Sequence record: MZ065353.1
DNA length: 64,000 nt
Source: Escherichia virus KFS-EC3
Strand: one strand, 5' to 3'
The position numbers and the translations under genes were made by a program. Positions 47,474 through 60,132 of this stretch are shown here, one piece after another. Under the pieces are notes generated by a model. The model was not told the DNA's origin and did not search any database. It worked only from the letters and a program-made list of their open reading frames with translations. Numbering within the stretch: position 1 is the first letter of the stretch; each line of letters starts with the position of its first letter.

Positions 47474-48391
47474 ATGGATTTAGAAATGATGCTGGATGAA
47501 GATTACAAAGAAGGAATCTGCTTAATTGACTTTAGTCAAATTGCACTTTCAACTGCTTTAGTAAACTTTCCAGATAAAGAAAAAATTAATTTATCAATGG
47601 TTCGTCATTTGATATTGAACTCAATTAAGTTTAATGTCAAAAAAGCAAAAGCTCTTGGATACACTAAAATTGTACTGTGTATTGATAACGCGAAATCTGG
47701 ATACTGGCGTCGTGATTTCGCTTATTATTATAAGAAAAACCGTGGAAAAGCACGAGAAGAATCTACTTGGGACTGGGAAGGTTATTTTGAATCCAGTCAT
47801 AAAGTTATAGATGAATTGAAAGCTTATATGCCATACATCGTTATGGATATTGATAAGTATGAAGCAGATGACCATATTGCTGTTCTTGTTAAAAAGTTCT
47901 CTTTAGAAGGACATAAGATTTTAATCATTTCATCGGATGGTGACTTTACTCAACTTCATAAATATCCAAATGTTAAGCAATGGTCACCGATGCACAAGAA
48001 ATGGGTTAAAATTAAAAGCGGTTCTGCTGAAATTGACTGTATGACTAAAATCCTTAAAGGTGACAAAAAGGATAACGTTGCTTCAGTTAAAGTACGATCT
48101 GACTTTTGGTTTACCAGAGTTGAAGGTGAACGAACTCCTTCAATGAAAACCTCTATTGTTGAAGCTATTGCTAATGACCGCGAGCAAGCTAAGGTGCTTC
48201 TCACTGAATCTGAATATAATCGTTATAAAGAAAATTTAGTTCTAATTGATTTTGATTATATTCCTGATAATATTGCTTCAAACATTGTGAATTACTATAA
48301 TTCATATAAATTACCACCGCGTGGCAAAATTTATTCATATTTTGTAAAAGCGGGTCTTTCTAAATTAACTAATAGCATTAATGAATTTTGA
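47474..48391 (+). CDS. rnh: RNase H (5'-3' exonuclease, FEN family)
   Basis: 305 aa from ATG giving MDLEMMLDEDYKEG; matches T4 RNase H. Confidence 0.9.
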   Translation: MDLEMMLDEDYKEGICLIDFSQIALSTALVNFPDKEKINLSMVRHLILNSIKFNVKKAKALGYTKIVLCIDNAKSGYWRRDFAYYYKKNRGKAREESTWDWEGYFESSHKVIDELKAYMPYIVMDIDKYEADDHIAVLVKKFSLEGHKILIISSDGDFTQLHKYPNVKQWSPMHKKWVKIKSGSAEIDCMTKILKGDKKDNVASVKVRSDFWFTRVEGERTPSMKTSIVEAIANDREQAKVLLTESEYNRYKENLVLIDFDYIPDNIASNIVNYYNSYKLPPRGKIYSYFVKAGLSKLTNSINEF

Positions 48392-48399
48392 GGTGAATA

Positions 48400-48669
48400 A
48401 TGGCTAAAAAAGAAATGGTTGAATTTGATGAAGCTATCCATGGCGAAGACTTGGCTAAATTTATTAAAGAAGCATCTGATCATAAACTGAAAATTTCTGG
48501 TTATAATGAATTGATTAAAGATATTCGAATTCGTGCCAAAGATGAACTTGGCGTTGATGGTAAGATGTTTAATCGTCTGTTAGCTTTGTATCATAAAGAT
48601 AACCGTGATGTGTTTGAAGCTGAAACTGAAGAGGTAGTTGAACTTTATGACACAGTTTTCTCTAAATGA
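48400..48669 (+). CDS. dsbA: double-stranded DNA binding protein DsbA
   Basis: 89 aa; position and length as T4 DsbA. Confidence 0.85.
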   Translation: MAKKEMVEFDEAIHGEDLAKFIKEASDHKLKISGYNELIKDIRIRAKDELGVDGKMFNRLLALYHKDNRDVFEAETEEVVELYDTVFSK

Positions 48670-48985
48670 TATTCGTCCGGTCGATGAGACCGGTCTTTCA
48701 GAAAAAGAACTTTCAATTAAGAAAGAAAAGGATGAAATTGCAAAGCTTCTTGACCGCCAAGAAAATGGATTTATTATTGAAAAAATGGTAGAAGAGTTTG
48801 GAATGAGTTATCTTGAAGCAACTACTGCGTTTTTGGAAGAAAATTCAATTCCTGAAACTCAATTTGCTAAATTTATTCCTTCAGGTATAATTGAAAAAAT
48901 TCAGTCAGAAGCTATCGACGAAAATCTTTTACGTCCTTCTGTTGTTCGTTGTGAAAAAACTAATACATTAGATTTTCTACTATGA
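48647..48985 (+). CDS. 33: late transcription co-activator gp33
   Basis: 112 aa from ATG at 48647; overlaps dsbA end. Confidence 0.8.
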   Translation: MTQFSLNDIRPVDETGLSEKELSIKKEKDEIAKLLDRQENGFIIEKMVEEFGMSYLEATTAFLEENSIPETQFAKFIPSGIIEKIQSEAIDENLLRPSVVRCEKTNTLDFLL

Positions 48986-49635
48986 TTAAACTCCGCATGC
49001 CTGCTGGTGGTGAAAGATACATTGATGGTAAATCAGTTTATAAATTATACTTAATGATAAAACAGCATATGAATGGAAAGTATGATGTAATTAAGTATAA
49101 TTGGTGCATGCGGGTGTCTGATGCCGCTTATCAAAAGCGAAGGGATAAGTATTTTTTCCAGAAGTTATCAGAAAAATATAAATTAAAGGAACTTGCTTTA
49201 ATCTTTATAAGCAATCTGGTTGCTAACCAAGATGCTTGGATTGGTGACATCTCTGACGCTGATGCACTTGTGTTTTATCGTGAATATATCGGACGCTTAA
49301 AGCAAATTAAATTTAAGTTTGAAGAAGATATTCGCAACATTTATTATTTTAGTAAAAAAGTTGAAGTTTCTGCTTTTAAAGAAATCTTTGAGTATAATCC
49401 AAAAGTCCAATCAAGTTATATTTTTAAACTTCTTCAGTCGAATATAATTTCTTTTGAAACATTCATTTTGCTTGATTCGTTTTTAAATATAATTGATAAA
49501 CATGATGAACAAACCGATAATTTGGTTTGGAATAATTATTCTATAAAGTTAAAGGCTTATAGAAAAATTTTAAATATTGATTCACAGAAAGCTAAAAGTG
49601 TTTTTATTGAAACTGTGAAATCTTGTAAGTATTAA
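48982..49635 (+). CDS. 59: helicase loader gp59
   Basis: 217 aa; matches T4 gp59 length and position. Confidence 0.9.
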   Translation: MIKLRMPAGGERYIDGKSVYKLYLMIKQHMNGKYDVIKYNWCMRVSDAAYQKRRDKYFFQKLSEKYKLKELALIFISNLVANQDAWIGDISDADALVFYREYIGRLKQIKFKFEEDIRNIYYFSKKVEVSAFKEIFEYNPKVQSSYIFKLLQSNIISFETFILLDSFLNIIDKHDEQTDNLVWNNYSIKLKAYRKILNIDSQKAKSVFIETVKSCKY

Positions 49636-49735
49636 TTGCTTATTATAAATAAATTATAATTATCTCATTGACCAGCTATGAGGTCATACATCGTCATAGC
49701 ACCAACTGTTAAATTAAATTAAAAAGGAAATAAAA
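49636..49735 (+). promoter_or_regulatory. gene 32 translational operator / 5' leader
   Basis: AU-rich tract TTAAATTAAATTAAAAAGGAAATAAAAATG after a structured segment, as in T4 gp32 autoregulatory site. Confidence 0.55.
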
Positions 49736-50644
49736 ATGTTTAAACGTAAATCTACTGCTGAACTCGCTGCGCAAATGGCTAAACTGGCTGGAAATAAAGG
49801 TGGTTTTTCTTCTGAAGATAAAGGCGAGTGGAAACTGAAACTCGATAATGCGGGTAACGGTCAAGCAGTAATTCGTTTTCTTCCGTCTAAAAATGATGAA
49901 CAAGCACCATTCGCAATTCTTGTAAATCACGGTTTCAAGAAAAATGGTAAATGGTATATTGAAAATTGTTCATCTACCCACGGTGATTACGATTCTTGCC
50001 CAGTATGTCAGTACATCAGTAAAAATGATCTGTACAATACCGATAATAAAGAATACGGTCTTGTTAAACGTAAAACTTCTTACTGGGCTAATATTCTTGT
50101 TGTAAAAGACCCGGCTGCTCCAGAAAATGAAGGTAAAGTATTTAAATATCGTTTCGGTAAAAAAATCTGGGATAAAATCAATGCAATGATTGCAGTTGAT
50201 GTTGAAATGGGTGAAACTCCGGTTGATGTAACTTGTCCGTGGGAAGGTGCTAACTTTGTATTGAAAGTTAAACAAGTTTCTGGTTTTAGTAACTACGACG
50301 AATCTAAATTCTTGAATCAATCTGCGATTCCAAACATTGATGATGAATCTTTCCAGAAAGAACTGTTCGAACAAATGGTTGATCTTTCTGAAATGACTTC
50401 TAAAGATAAATTCAAATCGTTTGAAGAACTGAATACTAAATTCAGTCAAGTTATGGGAACTGCTGTTATGGGTGGTGCCGCGGCAACTGCCGCTAAGAAA
50501 GCTGATAAAGTTGCTGATGATTTGGATGCATTCAATGTTGATGACTTCAATACAAAAACTGAAGATGATTTTATGAGCTCAAGCTCTGGCAGTTCATCTA
50601 GTGCTGATGACACGGACCTGGATGACCTTTTGAATGACCTTTAA
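49736..50644 (+). CDS. 32: single-stranded DNA binding protein gp32
   Basis: 302 aa; Zn-binding C/H cluster [14 protein letters not shown]; acidic C-terminal tail. Confidence 0.95.
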   Translation: MFKRKSTAELAAQMAKLAGNKGGFSSEDKGEWKLKLDNAGNGQAVIRFLPSKNDEQAPFAILVNHGFKKNGKWYIENCSSTHGDYDSCPVCQYISKNDLYNTDNKEYGLVKRKTSYWANILVVKDPAAPENEGKVFKYRFGKKIWDKINAMIAVDVEMGETPVDVTCPWEGANFVLKVKQVSGFSNYDESKFLNQSAIPNIDDESFQKELFEQMVDLSEMTSKDKFKSFEELNTKFSQVMGTAVMGGAAATAAKKADKVADDLDAFNVDDFNTKTEDDFMSSSSGSSSSADDTDLDDLLNDL

Positions 50645-50666
50645 TAAATTATATTACTAATTAATT

Positions 50667-50691
50667 GGGGACCCTAGAGGTCCCCTTTTTT
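50667..50691 (+). terminator. Rho-independent terminator after gene 32
   Basis: GGGGACC-CTAGA-GGTCCCC hairpin followed by TTTTTT. Confidence 0.7.
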
Positions 50692-50715
50692 ATTTCAAAA
50701 TTTTTTCACAAAACG

Positions 50716-50745
50716 GTTTACAAGCATAAAGCTTTATGGTACTAT
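50716..50745 (+). promoter_or_regulatory. early promoter (PeSL-like cassette)
   Basis: TTTACA-N17-TACTAT plus conserved ACAACTATC leader start. Confidence 0.5.
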
Positions 50746-50788
50746 ACAACTATCGGCAATACTGCTGATGATTAAAGAGGAAAATAAT

Positions 50789-51016
50789 ATGGCTAAAGTT
50801 GATATTGACATCGTTGATTTTGAATATATTGAAGAAATTATTCGTAATCGTTATCCTGAACTTAGTATCACAAGCGTGCAAGATTCTAAGTTTTGGAGTA
50901 TTCAAATCGTTATTGAAGGTCCTCTTGAAGACCTCACCCGCTTTATGGCTAATGAGTATTGTGACGGCATGGATTCTGAAGACGCAGAATTTTACATGGG
51001 ATTGATTGAACAATAA
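50789..51016 (+). CDS. hypothetical acidic protein (75 aa)
   Basis: ATG after SD AAAGAGGAAAATAAT. Confidence 0.5.
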   Translation: MAKVDIDIVDFEYIEEIIRNRYPELSITSVQDSKFWSIQIVIEGPLEDLTRFMANEYCDGMDSEDAEFYMGLIEQ

Positions 51017-51060
51017 TTATCAAGGGGCTATTACAGCCCCGTTAAAATGAGGAAAACGTA

Positions 51061-51426
51061 ATGTATAATGGCAAAAAGTATGAGCTTGTTCCAAGACTTA
51101 TTGATACATTTATTAGTTATCGCCCACGTTCTAATTCATCAATAGTTAAAATTATTCAAGAAAATGGCGGATGGTTTGAAGTTAAAGAATCTTTCTTTGC
51201 TGACGGATTTAAAGTAATAAAACACATTGAATGCGCAAATGGAAAGCATTTTTACTTTAACGTCTGCGAAGATGAATTTCATTGTTTTCGTGAGTATAAA
51301 GAACCGACTTCCGAAGAAGATGAAGTCGAAGACAAGGTTTCTGGCGTAACAAAAATTCACTGCATTGTAGACGAAAATAACGTCGACGAAATCATTGAAC
51401 TTTTGCGAAAAACTTTCAAAAAGTAG
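51061..51426 (+). CDS. hypothetical protein (121 aa)
   Basis: ORF with SD GAGGAAAACGTA. Confidence 0.5.
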   Translation: MYNGKKYELVPRLIDTFISYRPRSNSSIVKIIQENGGWFEVKESFFADGFKVIKHIECANGKHFYFNVCEDEFHCFREYKEPTSEEDEVEDKVSGVTKIHCIVDENNVDEIIELLRKTFKK

Positions 51427-51455
51427 TTTACAGTAGGGTAGTAGTGTGATACTAT
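51426..51455 (+). promoter_or_regulatory. early promoter
   Basis: TAG-TTTACA-N17-TACTAT with imperfect inverted repeat AGGGTAGTAG/CTATTACCCT. Confidence 0.45.
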
Positions 51456-51564
51456 TACCCTATCAAAACTAATGGAGAAAAGAAAATGTTCGCACCTTAT
51501 ATTATGGCAGCAGTTATGTTAGTTTGCTTATACCTTTTGATTAAAGCTTGCTAAGGAGAATAAA

Positions 51565-51807
51565 ATGAGATTACAACGCCAGAGCATCAAAGATTCAGAA
51601 GTTAAAGGTAAATGGTATTTTAATATCATCGGTAAAGATTCTGAACTTGTTGAAAAAGCTGAACATCTTTTACGTGACATGGGGTGGGAAGATGAATGTG
51701 ATGGATGCCCTCTTTATGAGGATGGAGAAAGCGCAGGATTCTGGATTTACCATTCTGACGTTGAACAGTTTAAAGCTGATTGGAAAATTGTGAAAAAGTC
51801 TGTCTGA
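51565..51807 (+). CDS. hypothetical protein (80 aa)
   Basis: ORF with SD AAGGAGAATAAA. Confidence 0.5.
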   Translation: MRLQRQSIKDSEVKGKWYFNIIGKDSELVEKAEHLLRDMGWEDECDGCPLYEDGESAGFWIYHSDVEQFKADWKIVKKSV

Positions 51808-51816
51808 GGAAATATA

Positions 51817-52625
<809 letters not shown>

Positions 52626-52644
52626 AATAACACTGGCTGAAAAT

Positions 52645-52992
52645 ATGAATTTTAATTATTACCCTATTCTATTAGAAAAAGACGCGAAACAACCAAAATG
52701 GCAGGGTCCTCAGTTTATTAAAGGCGTCTATCAATTAGTAGTTCCTAAAGACAAAATTTATAGCAGTTGTTTCACTGAATCCGCTTGTAGTATTTTTGGT
52801 AATAGTTCTCCGTATTGGAATTTTGATATAAAACTTGACAGAAATATCGATATTTGGTTGAAAGCTATGGATATCGGCAATATCACGTTTGATGAGAATA
52901 ATTATCATATTATTGGTCGCTTTTCCAAGCGTGGTAAAGAATTATATTTTACGCCTGAAATTGAAAGAAAATTTGATGCTAAACCGTATTAA
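52645..52992 (+). CDS. hypothetical protein (115 aa) inserted between frd and td
   Basis: Uninterrupted ORF; frd and td abut in T4 as recalled. Confidence 0.45.
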   Translation: MNFNYYPILLEKDAKQPKWQGPQFIKGVYQLVVPKDKIYSSCFTESACSIFGNSSPYWNFDIKLDRNIDIWLKAMDIGNITFDENNYHIIGRFSKRGKELYFTPEIERKFDAKPY

Positions 52993-53036
52993 TTATTAGC
53001 TTCATAAAATGTATTATAATTTATATAAGGTACTAA

Positions 53037-53897
53037 ATGAAACAATACCAAGATTTAATTAAAGACATTTTTGAAAATGGCTATGAAACCGATGACCGAA
53101 CGGGCACAGGAACAATTGCTTTGTTCGGTACTAAATTACGCTGGGATTTAACTAAAGGTTTTCCTGCAGTAACAACTAAGAAGCTCGCCTGGAATGCATG
53201 TATTTCTGAGTTACTATGGTTTCTGTCAGGAAGTACTAACGTAAATGATTTACGTCAACGTACTCATGGATCTTTAATTGCAGGAAAAACAATTTGGGAT
53301 GAAAACTACGAAAACCAGGCCAAAGACTTAGGTTATCATAGCGGTGAACTTGGTCCAATTTACGGAAAACAGTGGCGTGATTTTGGTGGTGTAGACCAAA
53401 TTGTAGAAGTTGTTAATCGTATTAAAACATTTCCCAATGATAGACGTCAAATTGTGTCGGCATGGAATCCAGCTGAACTCAAGCAGATGGCATTACCTCC
53501 TTGTCATATGTTCTATCAGTTTAATGTGCGTAACGGATATCTCGATCTCCAATGGTATCAACGTTCGGTAGATGTTTTCCTCGGTCTTCCATTTAACATC
53601 GCGAGTTATGCTGCTCTTTTACATATTGTTGCTGACATGTGTGAACTAGTTCCGGGCGATTTGGTATTCTCGGGTGGTAATACACACATTTATTCTAATC
53701 ATATTGAGCAATGCAAAGAGATATTAAATAGAACTCCTATGGATCTATGCAAACTCAGTATTAATTGGCCTAATGGATTCAGTCAATGCGATACTGAAAC
53801 TCAGATGTATTGGTTAACTGAATATATGACAGCACGGGATTTCGTTCTCAAAGATTATCAGTCCCACGGTGTCCTGAAAGGAAAGATGGCGGTGTAA
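53037..53897 (+). CDS. td: thymidylate synthase, uninterrupted (no intron)
   Basis: 286 aa continuous; active-site region PPCH. Confidence 0.95.
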   Translation: MKQYQDLIKDIFENGYETDDRTGTGTIALFGTKLRWDLTKGFPAVTTKKLAWNACISELLWFLSGSTNVNDLRQRTHGSLIAGKTIWDENYENQAKDLGYHSGELGPIYGKQWRDFGGVDQIVEVVNRIKTFPNDRRQIVSAWNPAELKQMALPPCHMFYQFNVRNGYLDLQWYQRSVDVFLGLPFNIASYAALLHIVADMCELVPGDLVFSGGNTHIYSNHIEQCKEILNRTPMDLCKLSINWPNGFSQCDTETQMYWLTEYMTARDFVLKDYQSHGVLKGKMAV

Positions 53898-53920
53898 TTT
53901 TAATTTAATTGAGAGGATAT

Positions 53921-54184
53921 ATGATTTTACGATTTAAGGATACTTCTGGTGTCGTTCTTTTTACACTTCCTAATCCAAGCGAGTTAGAAGTTCCAGGACC
54001 AGAACAACCTATTATCATTTATGGTAAAAAATATTATACTCATAAAATGACTCGTGAGTATTTTGATAATAAAATTTCTACAGTTAAAACTTCTTCTGAT
54101 TGTTATTATGATATTACTGTTTTAACGGAAAAACAATATGACGAATTATTCCAGCGTGGGCCGTCTATGCCGAGTAGTGAATAA
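53921..54184 (+). CDS. hypothetical protein (87 aa)
   Basis: ATG after SD GAGAGGATAT. Confidence 0.45.
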   Translation: MILRFKDTSGVVLFTLPNPSELEVPGPEQPIIIYGKKYYTHKMTREYFDNKISTVKTSSDCYYDITVLTEKQYDELFQRGPSMPSSE

Positions 54185-54464
54185 ATATAAATCCGACTTT
54201 GATGTTAATATTCACCGTGGTACATTTTGGGGAAATTACGTCGGTAAAGATGCTGGCAGCCGGGAGGCTGCCATTGAATTATTCAAAAAAGATTTTATAC
54301 GTCGAATTAAATCCGGAGAAATAACTAAAGCACATTTAGAGCCTTTACGTGGAATGAGGCTAGGATGCACATGTAAACCAAAGCCGTGTCATGGTGATAT
54401 AATAGCTCATATAGTTAACCGATTGTTTAAAGACGATTTTCAAGTTGAGGACTTATGCAATTAA
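54138..54464 (+). CDS. hypothetical protein (108 aa) with CxC...CH motif
   Basis: ORF overlapping neighbours; [13 protein letters not shown] motif. Confidence 0.4.
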   Translation: MTNYSSVGRLCRVVNKYKSDFDVNIHRGTFWGNYVGKDAGSREAAIELFKKDFIRRIKSGEITKAHLEPLRGMRLGCTCKPKPCHGDIIAHIVNRLFKDDFQVEDLCN

Positions 54465-56719
54465 TTAATGTTATCAAAAGTAGTGGTGTTTCTCAGAGCT
54501 TTGACCCGCAAAAAATTATTAAAGTTTTATCTTGGGCAGCTGAAGGAACATCTGTAGATCCTTATGAATTATATGAAAATATTAAATCATATCTCCGTGA
54601 TGGAATGACCACTGATGACATTCAAACCATTGTAATTAAGGCTGCTGCGAATTCTATTTCAGTTGAAGAGCCTGATTATCAATATGTAGCTGCACGGTGT
54701 TTAATGTTCGCTCTTCGTAAGCATGTTTACGGGCAGTATGAGCCCCGTTCATTTATTGACCATATTTCTTACTGTGTAAATGAAGGTAAATATGACCCTG
54801 AATTGTTGTCAAAATATTCTGCTGAAGAAATTACATTTTTAGAATCAAAAATTAAGCATGAGCGGGATATGGAATTTACTTATTCCGGGGCGATGCAATT
54901 AAAAGAAAAATATCTAGTTAAAGATAAAACCACTGGTCAAATTTATGAAACTCCACAGTTTGCATTTATGACTATTGGAATGGCATTGCATCAAGATGAA
55001 CCTGTTGATAGATTAAAACACGTTATTCGTTTTTATGAAGCAGTATCTACTCGACAGATTTCATTGCCAACTCCTATTATGGCTGGCTGTCGTACTCCGA
55101 CTCGACAGTTTAGTTCATGCGTTGTTATTGAGGCAGGTGATTCGCTGAAGTCTATCAATAAGGCTTCCGCTTCAATTGTTGAATATATCTCCAAACGCGC
55201 TGGAATTGGTATTAACGTTGGTATGATTCGTGCCGAAGGTTCTAAGATTGGCACAGGTGAAGTACGCCATACTGGTGTTATTCCTTTCTGGAAACATTTT
55301 CAGACTGCTGTTAAATCATGCTCACAGGGTGGAATTCGTGGCGGCGCTGCTACTGCTTATTATCCTATTTGGCATTTGGAAGTTGAAAATCTTCTCGTTT
55401 TGAAAAATAACAAAGGTGTAGAAGAAAACCGTATCCGTCATATGGATTATGGCGTTCAACTGAATGACCTAATGATGGAACGATTCGGAAAGAATGATTA
55501 CATTACTTTGTTCAGTCCGCATGAAATGGGTGGCGAACTTTATTATTCTTATTTTAAAGACCAAGACCGTTTCCGTGAATTGTACGAAGCCGCAGAAAAA
55601 GACCCTAATATTCGTAAAAAGCGTATTAAAGCCCGTGAACTGTTTGAATTGCTCATGACTGAACGCTCAGGAACAGCAAGGATTTATGTACAGTTCATAG
55701 ATAATACGAATAACTATACTCCGTTTATTCGTGAAAAGGCACCTATTCGTCAGAGTAACTTGTGTTGTGAAATTGCTATTCCAACAAATGATGTGAATAG
55801 TCCTGATGCTGAAATTGGATTGTGTACGTTATCTGCATTTGTGTTAGATAACTTTGACTGGCAAGACCAAGATAAAATTAATGAATTGGCAGAAGTCCAA
55901 GTTCGTGCTCTTGATAATCTTTTGGACTACCAAGGATATCCAGTTCCTGAAGCAGAAAAAGCTAAAAAGCGTCGAAACCTTGGTGTAGGTGTTACTAACT
56001 ATGCAGCTTGGCTGGCAAGTAATTTTGCTTCTTATGAAGATGCTAACGATTTAACACATGAACTATTTGAGAGATTACAGTATGGACTCATTAAAGCATC
56101 CATTAAGCTCGCCAAAGAAAAAGGACCTTGCGAATATTATTCAGACACTCGTTGGTCTCGAGGCGAATTACCTATCGACTGGTACAATAAAAAGATTGAC
56201 CAAATCGCAGCTCCAAAATACGTTTGTGACTGGTCGTCGCTGCGGGAAGACCTTAAGCTCTTTGGCATCCGTAATAGCACATTATCAGCACTTATGCCAT
56301 GTGAGTCATCTTCCCAAGTTTCTAACAGTACAAACGGTATCGAGCCTCCACGTGGACCAGTCTCTGTTAAAGAATCAAAAGAGGGCTCCTTTAATCAAGT
56401 CGTGCCCAATATTGAGCATAACATAGACCTGTATGATTATACGTGGAAATTAGCTAAGAAAGGTAATAAACCTTATCTTACGCAAGTAGCTATTATGCTG
56501 AAATGGGTATGTCAATCAGCTTCAGCGAATACATATTATGACCCGCAGATTTTTCCAAAAGGAAAGGTTCCAATGTCAATAATGATTGATGACCTTTTGT
56601 ATTTTTGGTATTTTGGCGGAAAAAATTTCTATTATCATAATACCCGTGATGGTTCTGGTACTGATGATTATGAAATAGAAACTCCAAAAGCTGAAGATTG
56701 TTCATCCTGTAAATTATGA
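54455..56719 (+). CDS. nrdA: ribonucleotide reductase class Ia alpha subunit
   Basis: 754 aa; matches T4 NrdA length. Confidence 0.95.
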   Translation: MQLINVIKSSGVSQSFDPQKIIKVLSWAAEGTSVDPYELYENIKSYLRDGMTTDDIQTIVIKAAANSISVEEPDYQYVAARCLMFALRKHVYGQYEPRSFIDHISYCVNEGKYDPELLSKYSAEEITFLESKIKHERDMEFTYSGAMQLKEKYLVKDKTTGQIYETPQFAFMTIGMALHQDEPVDRLKHVIRFYEAVSTRQISLPTPIMAGCRTPTRQFSSCVVIEAGDSLKSINKASASIVEYISKRAGIGINVGMIRAEGSKIGTGEVRHTGVIPFWKHFQTAVKSCSQGGIRGGAATAYYPIWHLEVENLLVLKNNKGVEENRIRHMDYGVQLNDLMMERFGKNDYITLFSPHEMGGELYYSYFKDQDRFRELYEAAEKDPNIRKKRIKARELFELLMTERSGTARIYVQFIDNTNNYTPFIREKAPIRQSNLCCEIAIPTNDVNSPDAEIGLCTLSAFVLDNFDWQDQDKINELAEVQVRALDNLLDYQGYPVPEAEKAKKRRNLGVGVTNYAAWLASNFASYEDANDLTHELFERLQYGLIKASIKLAKEKGPCEYYSDTRWSRGELPIDWYNKKIDQIAAPKYVCDWSSLREDLKLFGIRNSTLSALMPCESSSQVSNSTNGIEPPRGPVSVKESKEGSFNQVVPNIEHNIDLYDYTWKLAKKGNKPYLTQVAIMLKWVCQSASANTYYDPQIFPKGKVPMSIMIDDLLYFWYFGGKNFYYHNTRDGSGTDDYEIETPKAEDCSSCKL

Positions 56720-56770
56720 TATAATTTGACTCACGGACGAGTCACTATCTATTAACTAAGCGGAAAATTT

Positions 56771-57949
56771 ATGAGCACAGTTTTTAATACAAATCCAGTT
56801 GATGTTTTAAAAGAACCTATGTTCTTCGGTTCAGGTCTTGGTATTGCGCGTTATGATATTCAACGTCATAAAGTTTTTGAAGATTTAACCGAAAAGCAAT
56901 TGTCATTTTTCTGGCGTCCTGAAGAAGTAAACTTGATGATGGATGCTGCACAATTTAACAAGCTTCCTCAGTATCAGCAAGATATTTTTACTAATAACCT
57001 GAAGTATCAATCACTTCTAGATAGCATTCAGGGTCGTGCACCTTCTGCTGTACTTATGTCATTAATTTCAGACCCAAGCCTTGATACATGGGTTGCTACA
57101 TGGACTTTTAGTGAAACTATTCACAGCCGTTCATATACTCATATTATGCGGAATCTTTATACTGATCCGTCAAAAGTATTTGATGAGATTGTATTAGATA
57201 AAGCTATAATGAAACGTGCTGAATCTATTGGTCGTTATTATGATGATGTTATTAAGAAAACTAGATATTGGCAGAATGCTAAAGCTGATATTGAGTACCA
57301 AAAAGAAATTAACGCAGACGAAGATGATATTAAAGATGCCATAGAGCATGAAATGTATTGGAAACGTGAACTAATGCGCTCTCTTTACCTCTGCCTGCAC
57401 GTAATCAACGCACTGGAAGCTATTCGTTTTTACGTATCTTTCGCATGTACCTTTAACTTCCATAAAAACATGGAAATCATGGAAGGTAATGCCAAGATTA
57501 TGAAGTTCATTGCACGTGATGAACAGCTTCACCTTAAAGGCACCCAATATATTATTCGTCAACTTCAACTTGGCACTGATGGTGATGAATGGGTTAAAAT
57601 CGCCCAAGAGTGTGAACAAGAAGCAGTTGATATTTTCATGGAAGTTAACCGTCAAGAAAAAGACTGGGCAGTTCATTTATTTAAAGATGGCGATGTTCCT
57701 GGATTAAATACAAATAGCATGTGGAGCTTTATTGATTACTTAACTGTATCTCGTATGAAACAGTGCGGTCTTCCATGCCCAATTACCGATGCTCCGGTTA
57801 AACATCCGTATCCTTGGATTCGTGAATATCTTAATTCTGATAATGTTCAATCCGCGCCGCAAGAAGTAGAACTGTCATCTTATCTTGTAGCACAGATTGA
57901 TAATGATGTTGATGATAAAGTTATGATGAGTTTTAAAAAATATTTTTAA
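56771..57949 (+). CDS. nrdB: ribonucleotide reductase beta subunit, uninterrupted (no intron)
   Basis: 392 aa continuous ORF with di-iron ligand regions. Confidence 0.95.
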   Translation: MSTVFNTNPVDVLKEPMFFGSGLGIARYDIQRHKVFEDLTEKQLSFFWRPEEVNLMMDAAQFNKLPQYQQDIFTNNLKYQSLLDSIQGRAPSAVLMSLISDPSLDTWVATWTFSETIHSRSYTHIMRNLYTDPSKVFDEIVLDKAIMKRAESIGRYYDDVIKKTRYWQNAKADIEYQKEINADEDDIKDAIEHEMYWKRELMRSLYLCLHVINALEAIRFYVSFACTFNFHKNMEIMEGNAKIMKFIARDEQLHLKGTQYIIRQLQLGTDGDEWVKIAQECEQEAVDIFMEVNRQEKDWAVHLFKDGDVPGLNTNSMWSFIDYLTVSRMKQCGLPCPITDAPVKHPYPWIREYLNSDNVQSAPQEVELSSYLVAQIDNDVDDKVMMSFKKYF

Positions 57950-57954
57950 GGAGT

Positions 57955-57975
57955 GGGCCGCAAGGCCCATTTTAT
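57955..57975 (+). terminator. terminator-like hairpin after nrdB
   Basis: GGGCC-GCAA-GGCCC hairpin followed by ATTTTATTA. Confidence 0.45.
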
Positions 57976-57976
57976 T

Positions 57977-59564
<1,588 letters not shown>

Positions 59565-59568
59565 GCTG

Positions 59569-59598
59569 TTTACAAGTCCCTCGTGTTGTGTTATAGTA
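59569..59598 (+). promoter_or_regulatory. early promoter upstream of alc
   Basis: TTTACA-N17-TATAGT right after rnlA stop. Confidence 0.45.
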
Positions 59599-59628
59599 AT
59601 CTTACTGATATAACATGAGGACTTTATG

Positions 59629-60132
59629 ATGGATTTGCAGCTTATTACTACTGAGATGGTCGTTGAAGCATACGGTGATACTACAGATGGGATTTCTGTA
59701 TTTAAAGGAAATCGTCGAGTTGGATATATCACCGATCTTAAGAAAGATTTAGCTAAACAAGTCAAGCGGAAAACGACCATTAAAGAATATCGAAATCGTC
59801 GTCTTGAGCAAGCTCGTGATATGCTTCCTGATGCGGTTGAGGAGATGAAAGTCTTTTTAGAAAATCAGCTTGCGAAATATGATTGTGATGTGTTCATTAA
59901 TCAGACTCAACCTAATGTTCATATTAACAACTGTAAATGCTATATCATCGTTAATCCTTTAACTGGAAAACATCGTCTTGGAATTAGTAATCCAAATCGT
60001 AGCGCATCGGATATGGCAGAAGATGTTGAGGCATGCTTTAAAATTTCTAAATCTCCTGCTGAACATCATATTTTAATTAACGGTCTTTCTCAAGACGATA
60101 TTATAGAGGTTATTAAAACTTTATGCAATTAA
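59629..60132 (+). CDS. alc: Alc-like protein
   Basis: 167 aa; position between rnlA and pseT as in T4. Confidence 0.65.
   Translation: MDLQLITTEMVVEAYGDTTDGISVFKGNRRVGYITDLKKDLAKQVKRKTTIKEYRNRRLEQARDMLPDAVEEMKVFLENQLAKYDCDVFINQTQPNVHINNCKCYIIVNPLTGKHRLGISNPNRSASDMAEDVEACFKISKSPAEHHILINGLSQDDIIEVIKTLCN

Noticed and set aside
49709-49930. Minus-strand 73-aa ORF overlapping the gene 32 start and operator
   Set aside because: It is antisense to the highly conserved gene 32 N-terminus and leader, with no RBS; chance frame.
53037-53897. Searched td (and nrdB at 56771-57949) for group I intron interruptions as in T4
   Set aside because: Both reading frames are continuous at full expected length with no intervening non-coding block, so no intron feature is reported.
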